A stretch of 64,000 nt of DNA, taken from positions 1,952,001 to 2,016,000 of the forward strand of contig OY970176.1 in NCBI GenBank assembly GCA_963707955.1, given 5' to 3'. How positions within the stretch are numbered: position 1 is the stretch's first letter; every line of letters begins with the position of its first letter. Of the stretch, positions 39,930 through 51,814 are shown piece by piece. Under the pieces are notes generated by a model that had not been told where the DNA came from, searched no databases, and was given only the letters and a program-made list of their open reading frames with translations. The position numbers and the translations under genes are program-made. The DNA is from Candidatus Bathyarchaeota archaeon. GTDB lineage: Archaea; Thermoproteota; Bathyarchaeia; Bathyarchaeales; Bathycorpusculaceae.

Positions 39930-42900
39930 TTACTGCCCTTCCGTCTCTTCCTTGGTTGAAACAACTATGAGTTCTTCTTGATCAGAACAAGGATTAGGAC
40001 CGCAACAACTATTGGGATCGCAACGAGAAGCACGGTTAACAACGGGAAGCCTTGTTCTTCAGGAGCAACGATCAATGTCACGGTTGACTGTCTCTGCTGA
40101 TATCCGCTTTTTGCCAACATAACCGTCATGTTCAGCGTGTCTACTGGGGCTTGTGGAGCGGTTATGATGAATGTGCAGGTTCCAGTTGAGTCTGTGACAT
40201 TTGTCAGTGGGCCTCCGTACCCGTATGATACTGTGACTGTTGCACCGGCCACTGACGTGGCGTCTTCCTTGCACGTCACGTGTATCGACACCGTTTCTGT
40301 TTGGCCTGACCAAAGTGTCGCCGGGGCTGTTTGAAAACCAAACGTCCTAGGGTTCACTGTGATGTTCAGCTGACCTGTGCTGTCAAGGTATCCCGTTTCT
40401 GAAGCGGTTGCTAAAAACGAGATGTTGGTGGCCGCATTAACTGTGGGTGCAGTGAAGGCGAATGTCACGTTGCCAAAGCCGTCTGTCACTCCTGTCGTCT
40501 GGGCGAAGGTTCCGTTGGCTGCCGTGATCGTGACGTTAGCCGCCTGAATCGGACTGCTTCCGTATCCCACGTGAACCGTGACGTTTGAGTTTCCATATGA
40601 ATATGTGATGGGCGAATCTGGAATGATGCTGACCGAAAGAACCTTTGGCATTATCATCACTACCGTTTGACTTTCACCGTCTACGTATCCGCTCATGACG
40701 GCTGTCGCAGTGATGGTTGCGTTGAGTCCGTCGCTCGATGAGGTCTGGGGTGCTGTGAAGGCAAATATTGCGGCACCTGTTGTGTCTGTTAGCTGCGTTA
40801 CCGTGGAGAAGTTTCCGCCGACGTCTGAGGTCACGGTGACCGTCGCATTCGCAACAGGGTTCCCGTCAAAAGTTACGACCGCCGTTATGGTCGCTGATTC
40901 TTCCGAAAGAATTACGTCGGGGCTGGAGATCACTTCTACAGCGAGTTCTCGAGGTTCAACGCTTACGATCGTTTCTCCCTGTCCGTCAGCATATTGCGGT
41001 TTGCTGGCTGTGACTGTGACGGTAATGTTGACCTCACTCAGCGTCAGCGGGGCTGTGAGTGTAAATGCTGCTGAACCGTTTGAGTCTGTTGTTCCGGTAT
41101 TAGCTGAAAGTGTGCCGTTGGTGCACGATAATGTCAGGTTTGCCCCGGTAACGGGTTCTCCGGATTGATCCGTCACATAAACATTCAATGCTGTCACTTC
41201 TTCAGACCTTATCGTCGAAGGTACGGGGATCACCTGAACTATCAGTGGTGGAAGAACTCTGACGTACGCGTAGTCGGAACCGTCCGCGTACCCGTTCATT
41301 GAGGCTCTCGCGATTATTCTGACATCCGTTATCTCTGTGACGTTTGGCGCCGTGAAGTTCGCTGTAAAGTACCCATTGACGTCCGTCAACCCTGACTGGG
41401 GTGAGAAGCTTCCGCCCCTTACGGAGAGCATCGTGACGTTGGCGTAAGCAGCTGCGCTGCCTCCCGCTGACACGTAGACCGTAACTGACGTCTGTCCGTT
41501 GTAGGCAACGGTAGAATTGCTCACAGAGACTGATGCACCCAACTGAGGAAGGTCTGCAACGGTTACTGTCGTGAATGTAGGTGCGCTTACGTTTCCGAAA
41601 TCGTCCTCTACGGTCAGGCTCGCGACGTAGGTTCCTGGTGAAGAGTAGCTGTGATTGAAAAGCGAAAGTGTTGTCCAACCGCTGTTTCCTGCGTCGTTGA
41701 AGTCGAAAAAGTACTGGTACACGCTTCCGTCATCGTTTGAGTCTGTTCCCACGAACGTGACATCTTGCCCGGGTGCCACTAGGAGCTTGTCTGTCCAGAG
41801 AACTGCTGTTGGAGGGGCGTTATTGTATGCGAATGGGTGCGTTAACCACGGTATGAAGAGAAGGTTTGTGCCGTTACCTCCGACGCTGTTTCCTTTTCCG
41901 TACGGGTTCAACGATTCATGCTCGGGGCCGGTCTCCTGGCCCCAGTAGTTGTGTGTTGCGTTGACTGTGCCAGTGTATGATAGGGCCAGTTCGACACCTT
42001 GCCCATTCTCGAATATGTCGTTGAAGTAGACTGTGTGATTTGCGGAGCCATCATACTGTATTCCGACGGTGTTGTTTGAGACGTAGTTGCCGGTGATATA
42101 GGTGCTCGCGTTGGCCGAGATGAAAAGCCCAAAGTTGTTTGCGGTCACGTTGTTCCCGGTTATGACTGTCTTGTCCAGGGTTTCTGCTTCTAGGAGTATT
42201 CCGTTTTGCGTGCTAGAAGAAATTTCGTTTTGTCTGATATCCATTGTTCCTGTTAGATTACCAGTCAGGAGCACGCCGTTTATATTTGATGTGATAAGGT
42301 TGTTGTACACGTTCACCTGGTTACCTCCAGCTATGAGGATGCCGTTTCCGTTTGAATCTATGATGTCGTTTTCTATTGAAGCAAGGTCTCCGCCTGCTAT
42401 GTTGATGGCGCTGAAGGTGTTGTTGGTGGTGCTCAAGCTGTTGTTGGCCAACTCGCTGTTCTGAATGGTCAATGCACCACCGTTCAATATGATTCCGTTC
42501 TCAGAGTTGAATCGTATCACACTGTTTTCTACGTCCAAGATGCCGCTGTCGACTGTTATTCCGTTTGTTCCGTTTTCGATGATGCAGTTCATGAACGATG
42601 ACGGTTGTGTTCCCTTGATTTCGATTTTCTCCCAAGCGATGGCGCCGGACGGGTCGTTGGTGGTGAAAAGAATGTTTCGCTCCGGCGTTCCGTTTGCTAC
42701 GACTGTTCCGTTCACTATAAGCGAAAAGTCTCCTCCAAACCTGACCTCAACACCCGGTCTCGATCGTCAGCGTTGCACCCGGGTTGACGGTCACGTCGTT
42801 AGAAAGCACGAACGGGCTGTCCACTAGGGTCCATATCGTGTCCTGCGTGATTACGCCCTCAACGTATGTCGCTTTGGCGGTGGGCAGGGTTTTGTAGGCG

Positions 42901-42962
42901 ATGTTGAGGGAACCAAAGATTATGGTGAATAAGAGGAGTAGTAACGTGAATTGTTTCTTCAT
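39930..42962 (-). CDS. Large surface protein: signal peptide, right-handed beta-helix, PKD domain, Ig-like (Big_1/invasin-type) repeats, C-terminal TM; apparent frameshifts at about 42758 and 39972
   Basis: MKKQFTLLLLLF signal; ...TLTIE-PGVEVRFGG joins two ORFs; NATHNYWG; PKD HSYSSPGTY; repeated GxTDxxGxxxFxFTAP; corrected tail KKLIVVSTKEETEGQ* (as assembled it stops at 39965). Confidence 0.75.
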
Positions 42963-43144
42963 GGGGAAACATCCAATTTGTATTCGAGTTCGTGTTATTC
43001 CTCTCGTTCGTACCAGCTTAAGCGTTATGAATTCAGAATAAAACTTCAAAATCTTGAGGTGAATGGTTTTCTGGTTGTGCGTGGTTGGGCAAGAGATTTA
43101 ACGAAGCGAAAGAACAACCTGATTCACAGTTGTGAGGGGGTTGC

Positions 43145-43918
43145 TTGAGAAGTTTCACTGCGTTCGCTCCGGAGGGTTTTCCGCTTGTGAAGCCAGGAGA
43201 CAACGTTGCAGGAATCATCGTTGAGACTTGTGAAAAGAACGGTTTTAGGATTCAGGAAGGCGACGTGATCGTTGTTGCCCAGAAGGTCTTCTCGAAGGCT
43301 GAAAATCGTTTGTTCAGACTGAGAGAAGTTGTTCCTTCAAGAAGAGCTCAAGAGCTTGCCAAGACGACTGGGAAGAGTCCGAGGTTCGTGGAGCTTGTTT
43401 TGAGGGACACTGCGAACGTGCTCAAGGCTTCTTATGAAGTGCTGCTGGTTGAGGACAAGCGCGGTTTGATATGTATAAATGCTGGAATAGACAAGTCGAA
43501 CGTTGAGGGGAGAGGAAACTTCGCGTTGCTGCCCGAGAACCCTGATTTGTCCGCGAAAGAGTGCCGCTTGGAGATGAAGAAACTGACAGGCGTGAACGTG
43601 GCCGTGATCGTTTGCGACACTTACAGTCGTCCTTTCAGGCGTGGGCAGGTGAACTTTGCGATAGGAGCTGCTGGAATCAACCCGTTCAGGGATTATCGCG
43701 GAACGCGGGATCTGTTCGGTCAGGTTTTGAAGGTTAAGAATGTTGCTGTGTTGGATGAGGTTGCTGCCGCGGCAGAGTTGCTCATGGGACAAGGGAAGGA
43801 AGCAAGGCCCGTTGTGGTTTTCAGGGGTTTGAGCGGTGCAGTAGCGGTTTGTGACGAGTGCAGCACAAGAGGTCTGCAGATTTCGAGGCAGGAAGACCTG
43901 TTTAAGGGTGCCCTATGA
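43145..43918 (+). CDS. cofE: Coenzyme F420-0:L-glutamate ligase
   Basis: PLVKPGD, AQKVFSKAE, NAGIDKSN, LLPENPD, DTYSRPFRRG, DEVAAAAELLMGQ. Confidence 0.92.
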   Translation: MRSFTAFAPEGFPLVKPGDNVAGIIVETCEKNGFRIQEGDVIVVAQKVFSKAENRLFRLREVVPSRRAQELAKTTGKSPRFVELVLRDTANVLKASYEVLLVEDKRGLICINAGIDKSNVEGRGNFALLPENPDLSAKECRLEMKKLTGVNVAVIVCDTYSRPFRRGQVNFAIGAAGINPFRDYRGTRDLFGQVLKVKNVAVLDEVAAAAELLMGQGKEARPVVVFRGLSGAVAVCDECSTRGLQISRQEDLFKGAL

Positions 43919-44184
43919 TCGTAGCCGTTGCCGGGGAAAGACTATCGTTTCCTCCTGCGTCTGCTTAGAGGTTTCATGCTTTTAGGTGCTTTTCGTCTGC
44001 AGCCAGCAGGCCGCTACTGAATTCAATGTTTGATTGTTATGAGGCTGAACGCGGTCTTGTGCTGTGGTTTGTGCGTGCGTGCAACGGTGGTACGCCCCTC
44101 TATACGAGCCTACTTTGCCTCTATTCGTTTCAAAACATTGTCTGTTTTTGAATTTTTCTCTTTTTTTTCCCTTTTTCTGGGATG

Positions 44185-44199
44185 GAAAACCTTTTAAAT
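44185..44199 (+). promoter_or_regulatory. Putative BRE-TATA promoter of the S-layer-like gene
   Basis: GAAAAC-CTTTTAAAT about 45 nt upstream of ATG 44241. Confidence 0.5.
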
Positions 44200-44240
44200 C
44201 GAATGGTTACAAACTATAGAAAGAACAATTTAGATGAGGA

Positions 44241-47200
44241 ATGAAAATGCAAAAAAAGAAAGTACTAATTGCAACGATAGTAACTATAACGATATTTCTA
44301 TCAATGTTCAGCGCAATAAGCCTAACGAGAGGAGTTAACCAACCCTCCTCTTTCTACACAGTTGCCAATGGCAATCTCAACACTGACACATACTCGCTGT
44401 ATCCGTTTGAAGCAAACAACGTAAGCTTTGGCTTCTCACAATATGGTGAACTAATCGGCATTGCACCAGGTGCAAACCAAGCAGTACAAGCAAACTGGGT
44501 CGGCATGAGCTACAATGGTCGCGACCCATTCGCTCCGAACACTACCACGATTCCACAGAATCAATGGATCAACGGCTGGTTCCTTTACATCAGCTACATC
44601 GACCCCAATGAGCCAGTTCAGGACAGGAACCTGTGGGCATTCGCACTGTTTTCTGACGGTCACGTAGCCGGCGGAGACTGGGTAATCAACGTTACTGGTT
44701 CTCCGACTAGCACGCCTTACGGTGGCAGGAAAACCAACGGCATGGTCATCACAGACCCGCTGACTGTGCTCTACAACGGTCCAAGAGAGTACATAGCTCA
44801 GGCAACGAACCACATCTATGACAACGATGGCACGTACACGTGGCCAGTTGTCGATCTGATCATAACCATGATTTTCGACAAAGTTTCCAAAGAAGTGATT
44901 CTGTACAAGGATGTGAAGACCACAATAGACAAATTGAACTTATGGGGCAAGCTTGACGTGCAACTGAGCGACCGTGAAGAATACGACATGGGATCAGCAT
45001 CATCAGACAACGCGTATTCTAGCTACGCCCACTTCTACGAAGAAGCCGGATGGACGAGCATGACTCCAAGCTGGTCAATCGCACAGAACCTGACCGCAGA
45101 CAACATCGAGCACCAAGTAGGGTCAACCGGCACAGTAAACCTGGACGGCTCAGAGACCTTCACACTGAATCCACCAAACGGATATCCAGTGTCTGAGGAT
45201 TACATGAAAGTGTACGTGAACGGCGTTTTCCAAGTCCCAAGTCTGTACACAGTAAGCTATGGACCCACGACATACGTGACGCTTATCACGGCTCCATCAT
45301 CAAGCTCCATTGTGCAGTTCAATTACAAGTACGTGTTCAAAAGCACCACGCAAGTGCTTGATGGGGTAAGCGCGGCGACGAGCACGGTTTCGACAGCAAG
45401 TGATCCATCACTTCCATCATGGGCGAACGAATACGATTATGCACAGGTGATATCGTCCGACAATCAGTACGTGGCTTGGGCTGCCTTTTGGCCACCGACA
45501 TCTTCGCAGACGGTTGACGGCATCGAAAACTTCTTGCAGCCGCTCTATAACGTGCATACAGACACCTTGAGCAGCGCGCCGAAGCGGTCTCCACTCATAA
45601 TAGGCCAATGGGACGTTGCGATGGATCCCTCAACATTCCCGATGTTCAGAGCAGTTGAAGTAAAAGGCATATGCAACGACCACAATGCACAAGATCCTCA
45701 AGAAACCCTCTCGACATACCGTGGGACGCAACTTGACATTGAAGCCCAGTACCAGCTTGACTCAGTCTTCGCACCGTACAACCTGCGTGAAGCCATAACG
45801 GAGAACCTTAACACTTGGGTAGACTACTATACGGTGACAGCAAACGACATACTGAGAGGATATCTCTACGTCGACCTGTCTCATTCGCCAGTTCACTACG
45901 TATATCCTTGGGAAACTTATGACAGCCAGTCTGAAAGAGTGCTCGTAAACGGTGTGCTACAGTATCCATCGCGAAGTGTTGCAGCCAATGAACTGGATAC
46001 GTCACCGACGTACCAGACACCTACATATGAACTCTACACAGAAGACGGTGTAGGCTACATATACTTCCCCGACAGCACAATCTTCACCAAGGGAGACGTG
46101 ATAAAGGTCATCTACGCGACAGAAACGTGCAACTATGAGTCTGGCTTCAGTGTAACTTCGAATACGTTGACTCCTGGTGGTGAAAACTCCAGCTTCGACT
46201 TCGGTAGCAACACATATTGGCCAATTGACGCTTGGAGTCTGGGTGGACTACTTGAATGTCCAACACGACATAACCATCAAAGAGTTTGACGGTTCCATCA
46301 CACCACCCGATAGCACACCAACCGGAAACACGACGTGGACATACTACAAACTGATGGACTGGGAGGCAAAGGACTTTACAGTGTTCAAGGAAGACACTAC
46401 GAGCCTTGAGATAAGCGCTTATGACTTCTCGGCGGACACCGTGGAAGCAAATGGAACTGTACCTGGATACGACATGACGATTCAACTGCAGGACTTTAGA
46501 ATAAAATGGCAAATAACCGGTCCAGAAGGCACTTGGTTCAATGACCTTTTAGATGTCATGGTCTCTAAGTGGGACTTCAACGTATACATCTACGTATACG
46601 TGAACTATGTAGTACCACCTACTGGAAGCCCCTACTACACTACAACCGCAACACTTTCGTTTGAGCCAAAGTATGGTAGTACTCTGTACAAGGAAGAGAT
46701 ACCTGGAAGCTACACGTGGGGCATCGTCGGTTCTAATGCGAAGTCCGTCGACTCTGCAGGCCTGTCAATGATCAGCGCTGCTTTGAAGGATAAAGAAGTA
46801 GAGTACGGTGTAGCAGGCGCGGACATCAACGCTACGGATCCCACTTTACAGATGCCATATGTATTCAGCAAGATGAGCACCGGCACAAGCACACTATGGA
46901 GTCCCTACTACTACAGCACGACCGATCTAAGAACAGGACTCCGAGACGACTGGGACCCGGCGGGCACTGACACGCAGATCTCAAGGGCCAACTTAGTCGG
47001 CTCAGGCGGTCCGCTCGTGAACATGCTCGCGTACTACGGCAACGACTTTACATCAGCCTTCTACGGTATAAGCCAGTTCACACCATACGGACCTTGGAAT
47101 GGCGCCATAGTTGCACTATCATGCTGGAGCGACTACGACAAAGCGTTCTTCACTAGTGCCTCAGTTGGCTACGCAGTGATTTCAACCTTCGAAGACCTCA

Positions 47201-47487
47201 ACGGAACAACGGGACTTTTGGTTTACGGCGTCTGGGGACGAGACACATACTACGCGGCTAGCTACTTCTACCAGGACCTCATACAGGAATTCCAGAGCTT
47301 CCCATGGGGCGCAACGAGCATCGTACTACAGATCACGTACAACACTACGACACTTAAGCCGAAAGCGTTCAGCGTCGTCGAAGTGCTGGGCACGATAAGC
47401 GAAACAGGAATCGACAGCACATGTTGGCCACCATACGTTTGGGGCGTTAGTACTCCAATAAAAGGCGGAATACACCCCGACCCATAA
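44241..47487 (+). CDS. Large secreted glycoprotein, probable S-layer protein (about 1080 aa), apparent +1 frameshift at about 46238
   Basis: Signal peptide; Tyr/Thr/Val-rich; C-terminal region with D.AG, VGSGGPLVN and LVYGVWGRDT resembling archaeal S-layer C-terminal domains; own promoter and oligo-T terminator; joins as ...IDAWS-WVDYL... Confidence 0.65.
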
Positions 47488-47498
47488 ACAAAACTCCT

Positions 47499-47518
47499 CT
47501 TTTTTTCTTTTGTTTTTC
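47499..47518 (+). terminator. Oligo-T archaeal terminator
   Basis: CTTTTTTTCTTTTGTTTTTC about 12 nt after the stop codon. Confidence 0.6.
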
Positions 47519-47876
47519 TAAGCACCAATATTCACCGCGCAAGGCATAAGCGTCTATTTCCAAGTACGGTTTTCGAATGCCAAAGTTGACCGCGCTCCCT
47601 GAACGATGCTTCATTTGTGCTGAGTATTCATCGTAGCCATCGAAGACAAAGAGGAGCGTGCGCGAAATGTGTGCCGACTATAAGGAAGCCCTTTTTCTTT
47701 TTTTGAATAACAGAATTGGTGAAGTCAGGGGGAAAGTCTGCCCAGCTTGTTTTGTGAGGATAACCAGCAAAGCTTATCGCGGTGCCTGCTCCTTCTTGCC
47801 CGTTTTGCGCGGAAATAGTGTTCTCACAAGTGTTTTATGCAAGCAGAGCGGCGTCTAACTGTAGTGATGTGCGTCT

Positions 47877-48722
47877 ATGAGAATTTCAATCGTAATGCCG
47901 ACCTTCAATCGTTGCTTCACACTGCCTCGGGCAGTAGACTCCATAAAGTCTCAGACGCACAAGGATTGGGAGCTCATAATCGTGGATGATGGGTCAACGG
48001 ATGAAACAGGGAAGGTGATTCAGAAGTATTTGAGTGAGAATATTCGGTGCGTGAAAACGTCGCATCTTGGAACACCACGTGCTTGGAACCTCGGCGTTAA
48101 CGAATCGGAACAAGATTATGCGTTGCTGATGGGAGACGATGTCGTACTGGAACCAGTTTGCGTCCACACCCTAGCCAAGACAGTGGAGACGGTTAACAAA
48201 CAAATGCTAGGAGCTATCGCTCCGCGCCTCATATATACGAGAGACCCAGCCAATCCGACATCGGGAAAGGCTTTCAGAAGGTATGCTTCGCTGCAAGCAA
48301 GCACAGGAGACATAGCTGGCTCTTTCAACGTTGAAGCCCAAGCCTTAATGGAGGTGCCCATCCTACATGGGTACTCAATGGTGGCAAGAGAAGCCTTCCT
48401 TGACATAGGAGGATTCGATGAGAAAACGTACAGTGGCAACTATTATCGTGAAGAGACTGATCTCTGGCTACGATTCAGGAAAAAGGGCTACAGATTGTAT
48501 TATGAGCCTAGAGCCAGAATCTACTGCCAGAAAAGTCTAACGCGTGGAGGACAATGGTCAAACGTGCATGGAAAACTGCTTGTCTACGAATATTACGTGT
48601 TTCGCAATCACAACAACTTCCTGAAGAAGTTCTACGGTGGAAAGAGGCTTTTTATGCTTCCAACGTTCATGCTTCGAAGGTTGCACACGAGGTTGATGGA
48701 AATCCGTGACAGCAAAAGTTAG
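47877..48722 (+). CDS. Glycosyltransferase family 2
   Basis: ISIVMPTFNR, IIVDDGSTD, GDD, GGFDE, EETDL. Confidence 0.92.
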   Translation: MRISIVMPTFNRCFTLPRAVDSIKSQTHKDWELIIVDDGSTDETGKVIQKYLSENIRCVKTSHLGTPRAWNLGVNESEQDYALLMGDDVVLEPVCVHTLAKTVETVNKQMLGAIAPRLIYTRDPANPTSGKAFRRYASLQASTGDIAGSFNVEAQALMEVPILHGYSMVAREAFLDIGGFDEKTYSGNYYREETDLWLRFRKKGYRLYYEPRARIYCQKSLTRGGQWSNVHGKLLVYEYYVFRNHNNFLKKFYGGKRLFMLPTFMLRRLHTRLMEIRDSKS

Positions 48723-50136
48723 CGGCTGGAATGTTCCAGCAAGCGTGGCACGCGTGCTCAAGGAGTGGACTAGCAGACTCGCGCGGTTGGGGAAAAACCT
48801 GCGTCAGCCAAGAATTCTCTTGCCGTTTATTGTGGGAGCGGCGATACGCTTTGCCTTCGCTCCCTTTACGGAGCAAAGGTGGGACATGTACACTTGGAGG
48901 ATAGAGCAAGTACTCGTCTACAATTATCATGTTAACCCTTTCTGGCCCCAATCTGGAGTTCCTCTTCAACTTGCTTGGTCATATCCTCCCCTGTGGCTTC
49001 TAACACTCTTAGCACTCTATCCTGTCTACTCACGTTTCTACTCTCCTCAATTACCCGTCAACATCTCTGTTTTGTGGCAAAAATGGGCACAGACGGGCAA
49101 CGTCTTTGAAATCTACCGCTCATTTGTCCCAGTCGGACTTCCCATATTAGATTTGATTGACAAGACACCTATCGTAGTGGCTGACCTTCTGATCGCCTTG
49201 GTCTTGTATGAACTTATCAAGCGAGATTCACCAAAGCATGCCTACTATGCTCTTATTGCATGGCTCTTCAATCCCTACGTCATCTGGATATCATCCGTAT
49301 GGGGCATGTTTGACGCAATCCCAGCGCTTCTCATGCTATTATCGGTCTATCTCTTGATAGCGAGAAGATACAAGTCCTCCGCCATACTCTTGGTAGCCTC
49401 TGCGCTGTTCAAGTTATACGCGATCGTACTCATCCCAATCATGTCTCTTATCATCTACAAGAGAGGGGAAAAAGCCAAGGCACTGAGATATTTCCTATTT
49501 TCAACGCTTGTCGTCCTGATAGCAACATTCATGGCCTATGCGATCGCAGTTTCCCTCGCCGGGCAAAATCCACTGTCCCTAGCAGTTCAGCTATCAGTGA
49601 ACCTATTCTACAAGCGAGCCTCTCCCGATATGCTAGGCCAGAACCTCTTTCAAAACCTCACACCGCTCACGTTCCTCAATCAAGTATTTGCGGATCTACA
49701 CGTGAGCACGAACATTCCAATTTCGCCTATCTTGATGAGCACCGCTGTGATCCTTCTTGGTTTCCAGATTCTCAGAAGCAAATCGTTGCAGGACCAAGAG
49801 ATCATAGCGTATGTGGTCATTGCACACTTTATCACTTACCTTACTTACAGCGTCGTCAATGAGCAATACCTAGTATGGGTTCTGCCGCTAATCCTGGTCC
49901 TAGCCGCGAAAAAGAACAGCGTGAACCTCAGACACTTCTACTGGGCGATAAGTGGATTCTTCATCTTGGACATCTTGTATCGTTATGATCTTTCGTATTT
50001 CATATCTCCCTATATTTCTCCGATGCCCCCTGAAATCAGAATTCCAGTGTATCTTCTGATTGAGCCTTTAATAGTTATCACTGTCTACGCAATTGGAATC
50101 AAACTCGCCACAGGGAAATCGAACAAAAAGCAATAG
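48706..50136 (+). CDS. GT-C fold multi-pass glycosyltransferase (GT87/PIG-M-like)
   Basis: YPPLW, K.P...ADL, LFNP...SSVWGMFD, K.Y, VNEQY..W motifs; many TM helices. Confidence 0.78.
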   Translation: MTAKVSGWNVPASVARVLKEWTSRLARLGKNLRQPRILLPFIVGAAIRFAFAPFTEQRWDMYTWRIEQVLVYNYHVNPFWPQSGVPLQLAWSYPPLWLLTLLALYPVYSRFYSPQLPVNISVLWQKWAQTGNVFEIYRSFVPVGLPILDLIDKTPIVVADLLIALVLYELIKRDSPKHAYYALIAWLFNPYVIWISSVWGMFDAIPALLMLLSVYLLIARRYKSSAILLVASALFKLYAIVLIPIMSLIIYKRGEKAKALRYFLFSTLVVLIATFMAYAIAVSLAGQNPLSLAVQLSVNLFYKRASPDMLGQNLFQNLTPLTFLNQVFADLHVSTNIPISPILMSTAVILLGFQILRSKSLQDQEIIAYVVIAHFITYLTYSVVNEQYLVWVLPLILVLAAKKNSVNLRHFYWAISGFFILDILYRYDLSYFISPYISPMPPEIRIPVYLLIEPLIVITVYAIGIKLATGKSNKKQ

Positions 50137-50415
50137 TAATTGCTTGGAAGGATTTCTAACATGTCCGGTTAGGTCACAACTCTCCTCGATTTGTTCAGGA
50201 CTACATATGGAAGGGATAGAAAAGTTGCAAAGAACGTTGTTCAACATTCTTCGGGAGAGGCTGCGGGAAAATAATAGAGGGGCCAACAATGCATGAAAAT
50301 TCGTTTAGAATTTTCTGGTCCCTCGTATTCGCTTCAATCTTGGATATCTGTCTTTTAGCGCGCGCCCTATTCTGGAAAGAGCGCGCTGGGAAGTTGACAC
50401 TGGGTTGAAATCCGT

Positions 50416-51390
50416 CTAAAACTTCTTAGTTCCTCGAATTTGTTTCCATTTTAAGTATGCGTCTTTCCTTCTAAAATTCATTGTTGCAAGAATCTGAGCT
50501 AAGAATTCTAAGAAAAGACCCGTAGAGATCTTGGGATAGTCTCGAACCCTTTGAGTTTCCATTTCTTCTGCAAGCAGTTTCAACACGAAGAGTGGTTGCC
50601 TGAATGCCGCAGCCCCTATTGTCGTCGGTTCAACATTAGTTATTTCCTTGATTTGTTTGTGACCTATTACTATCCTCACTCTTTGCTGAATATACTCTAG
50701 TGGGGTGGCTGGGCCCCTAATTGACACAACCGCTTCGGGAACGAAAGATATTTGCCAACCTTTTTTCTTCAAGGTTACACCGAGGTAAGCATCATCGTTT
50801 ATTACGCCGTTCGGTATGTACGAGACAATCCCTTTCCTAAGTGCCCACATGTCTCCTCCCAAATGGTTTAAAGCCTTTCTTCCAGATTCTTTCTGCAAGA
50901 CCCTATTGTGCATCCTCCATAGGAACCAATAGCAAAACTCCATGACATCCTTGTTCTCGTTAATTGGGAGAGTCTTGGCACACGCTCCTCCCACGCGTGA
51001 TTTGACCGATTCTACCAGCTTTGCTACTGATCCTTGCGCAGGTTTTGTGTCAGCAGAGATGATTACCAGAATATCACCGTGTGCATTTGGGAAGAAAATG
51101 TTCAATGCTTGGGCTTTTCCATTCCTTTCTCTTTCTGTAATAAGTCTTATCCGTCGATCTTTCCTTGATATCTCTTCAACAATCTTGTTGGTCCTGTCTG
51201 TGGATCCAGAGGACACAACGATCACTTCTTCTAATGCAAATTCTTTTGAAAGGTGTTGTCCTATTAGGTTTTCAAGCAGTTTACCTATGTTATTCTCTTC
51301 GTTGTATGCACAAACGCCGATACTAACCTTTAAAGGCGCGAGTTCGAGAGGGATTTCCTGTACGTCTGGGGCTGTCATGACCGTCTGCAA
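50416..51390 (-). CDS. Glycosyltransferase family 2
   Basis: AYNEE, SGSTD, GKAQALN, SAD, NDD, QRVR. Confidence 0.9.
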   Translation of the reverse strand: MQTVMTAPDVQEIPLELAPLKVSIGVCAYNEENNIGKLLENLIGQHLSKEFALEEVIVVSSGSTDRTNKIVEEISRKDRRIRLITERERNGKAQALNIFFPNAHGDILVIISADTKPAQGSVAKLVESVKSRVGGACAKTLPINENKDVMEFCYWFLWRMHNRVLQKESGRKALNHLGGDMWALRKGIVSYIPNGVINDDAYLGVTLKKKGWQISFVPEAVVSIRGPATPLEYIQQRVRIVIGHKQIKEITNVEPTTIGAAAFRQPLFVLKLLAEEMETQRVRDYPKISTGLFLEFLAQILATMNFRRKDAYLKWKQIRGTKKF

Positions 51391-51814
51391 ATGTTATACC
51401 TACCAAATTTACAACAGCAACGCAAAGGAAAGATCAGCGTCGATATCTCCTGACGAGATGACTTTCTGTCATGATCAGCATAAAAAGGTTTTTGGCATTG
51501 CCAATGGATTTGGTCAGCGTTTCCACCTCAGCTATTTTACACACTCGTTTTGTCGTCGTTAATGATTACACTAACCTTTTCCAGCGCGTCATGAGATGGG
51601 TCATAAGCTTCCTGCAGACAAAAACGAGATAGACGGTGTGCCACCTTGCCTTGTCCCCAGGGTGTCGCCGATGCGTCAGGTCCTAGCGCGCGCTCGGCAA
51701 AACAGGCAAAATCGCTGAGGGAATAGCCTGCGCAAGAGTGAGAGAATGGTTCCAATAGACTTTTCTATTCCCTGAACACTCTAATACGCCAATGCGTCAA
51801 AGGGCAGGAACCTA

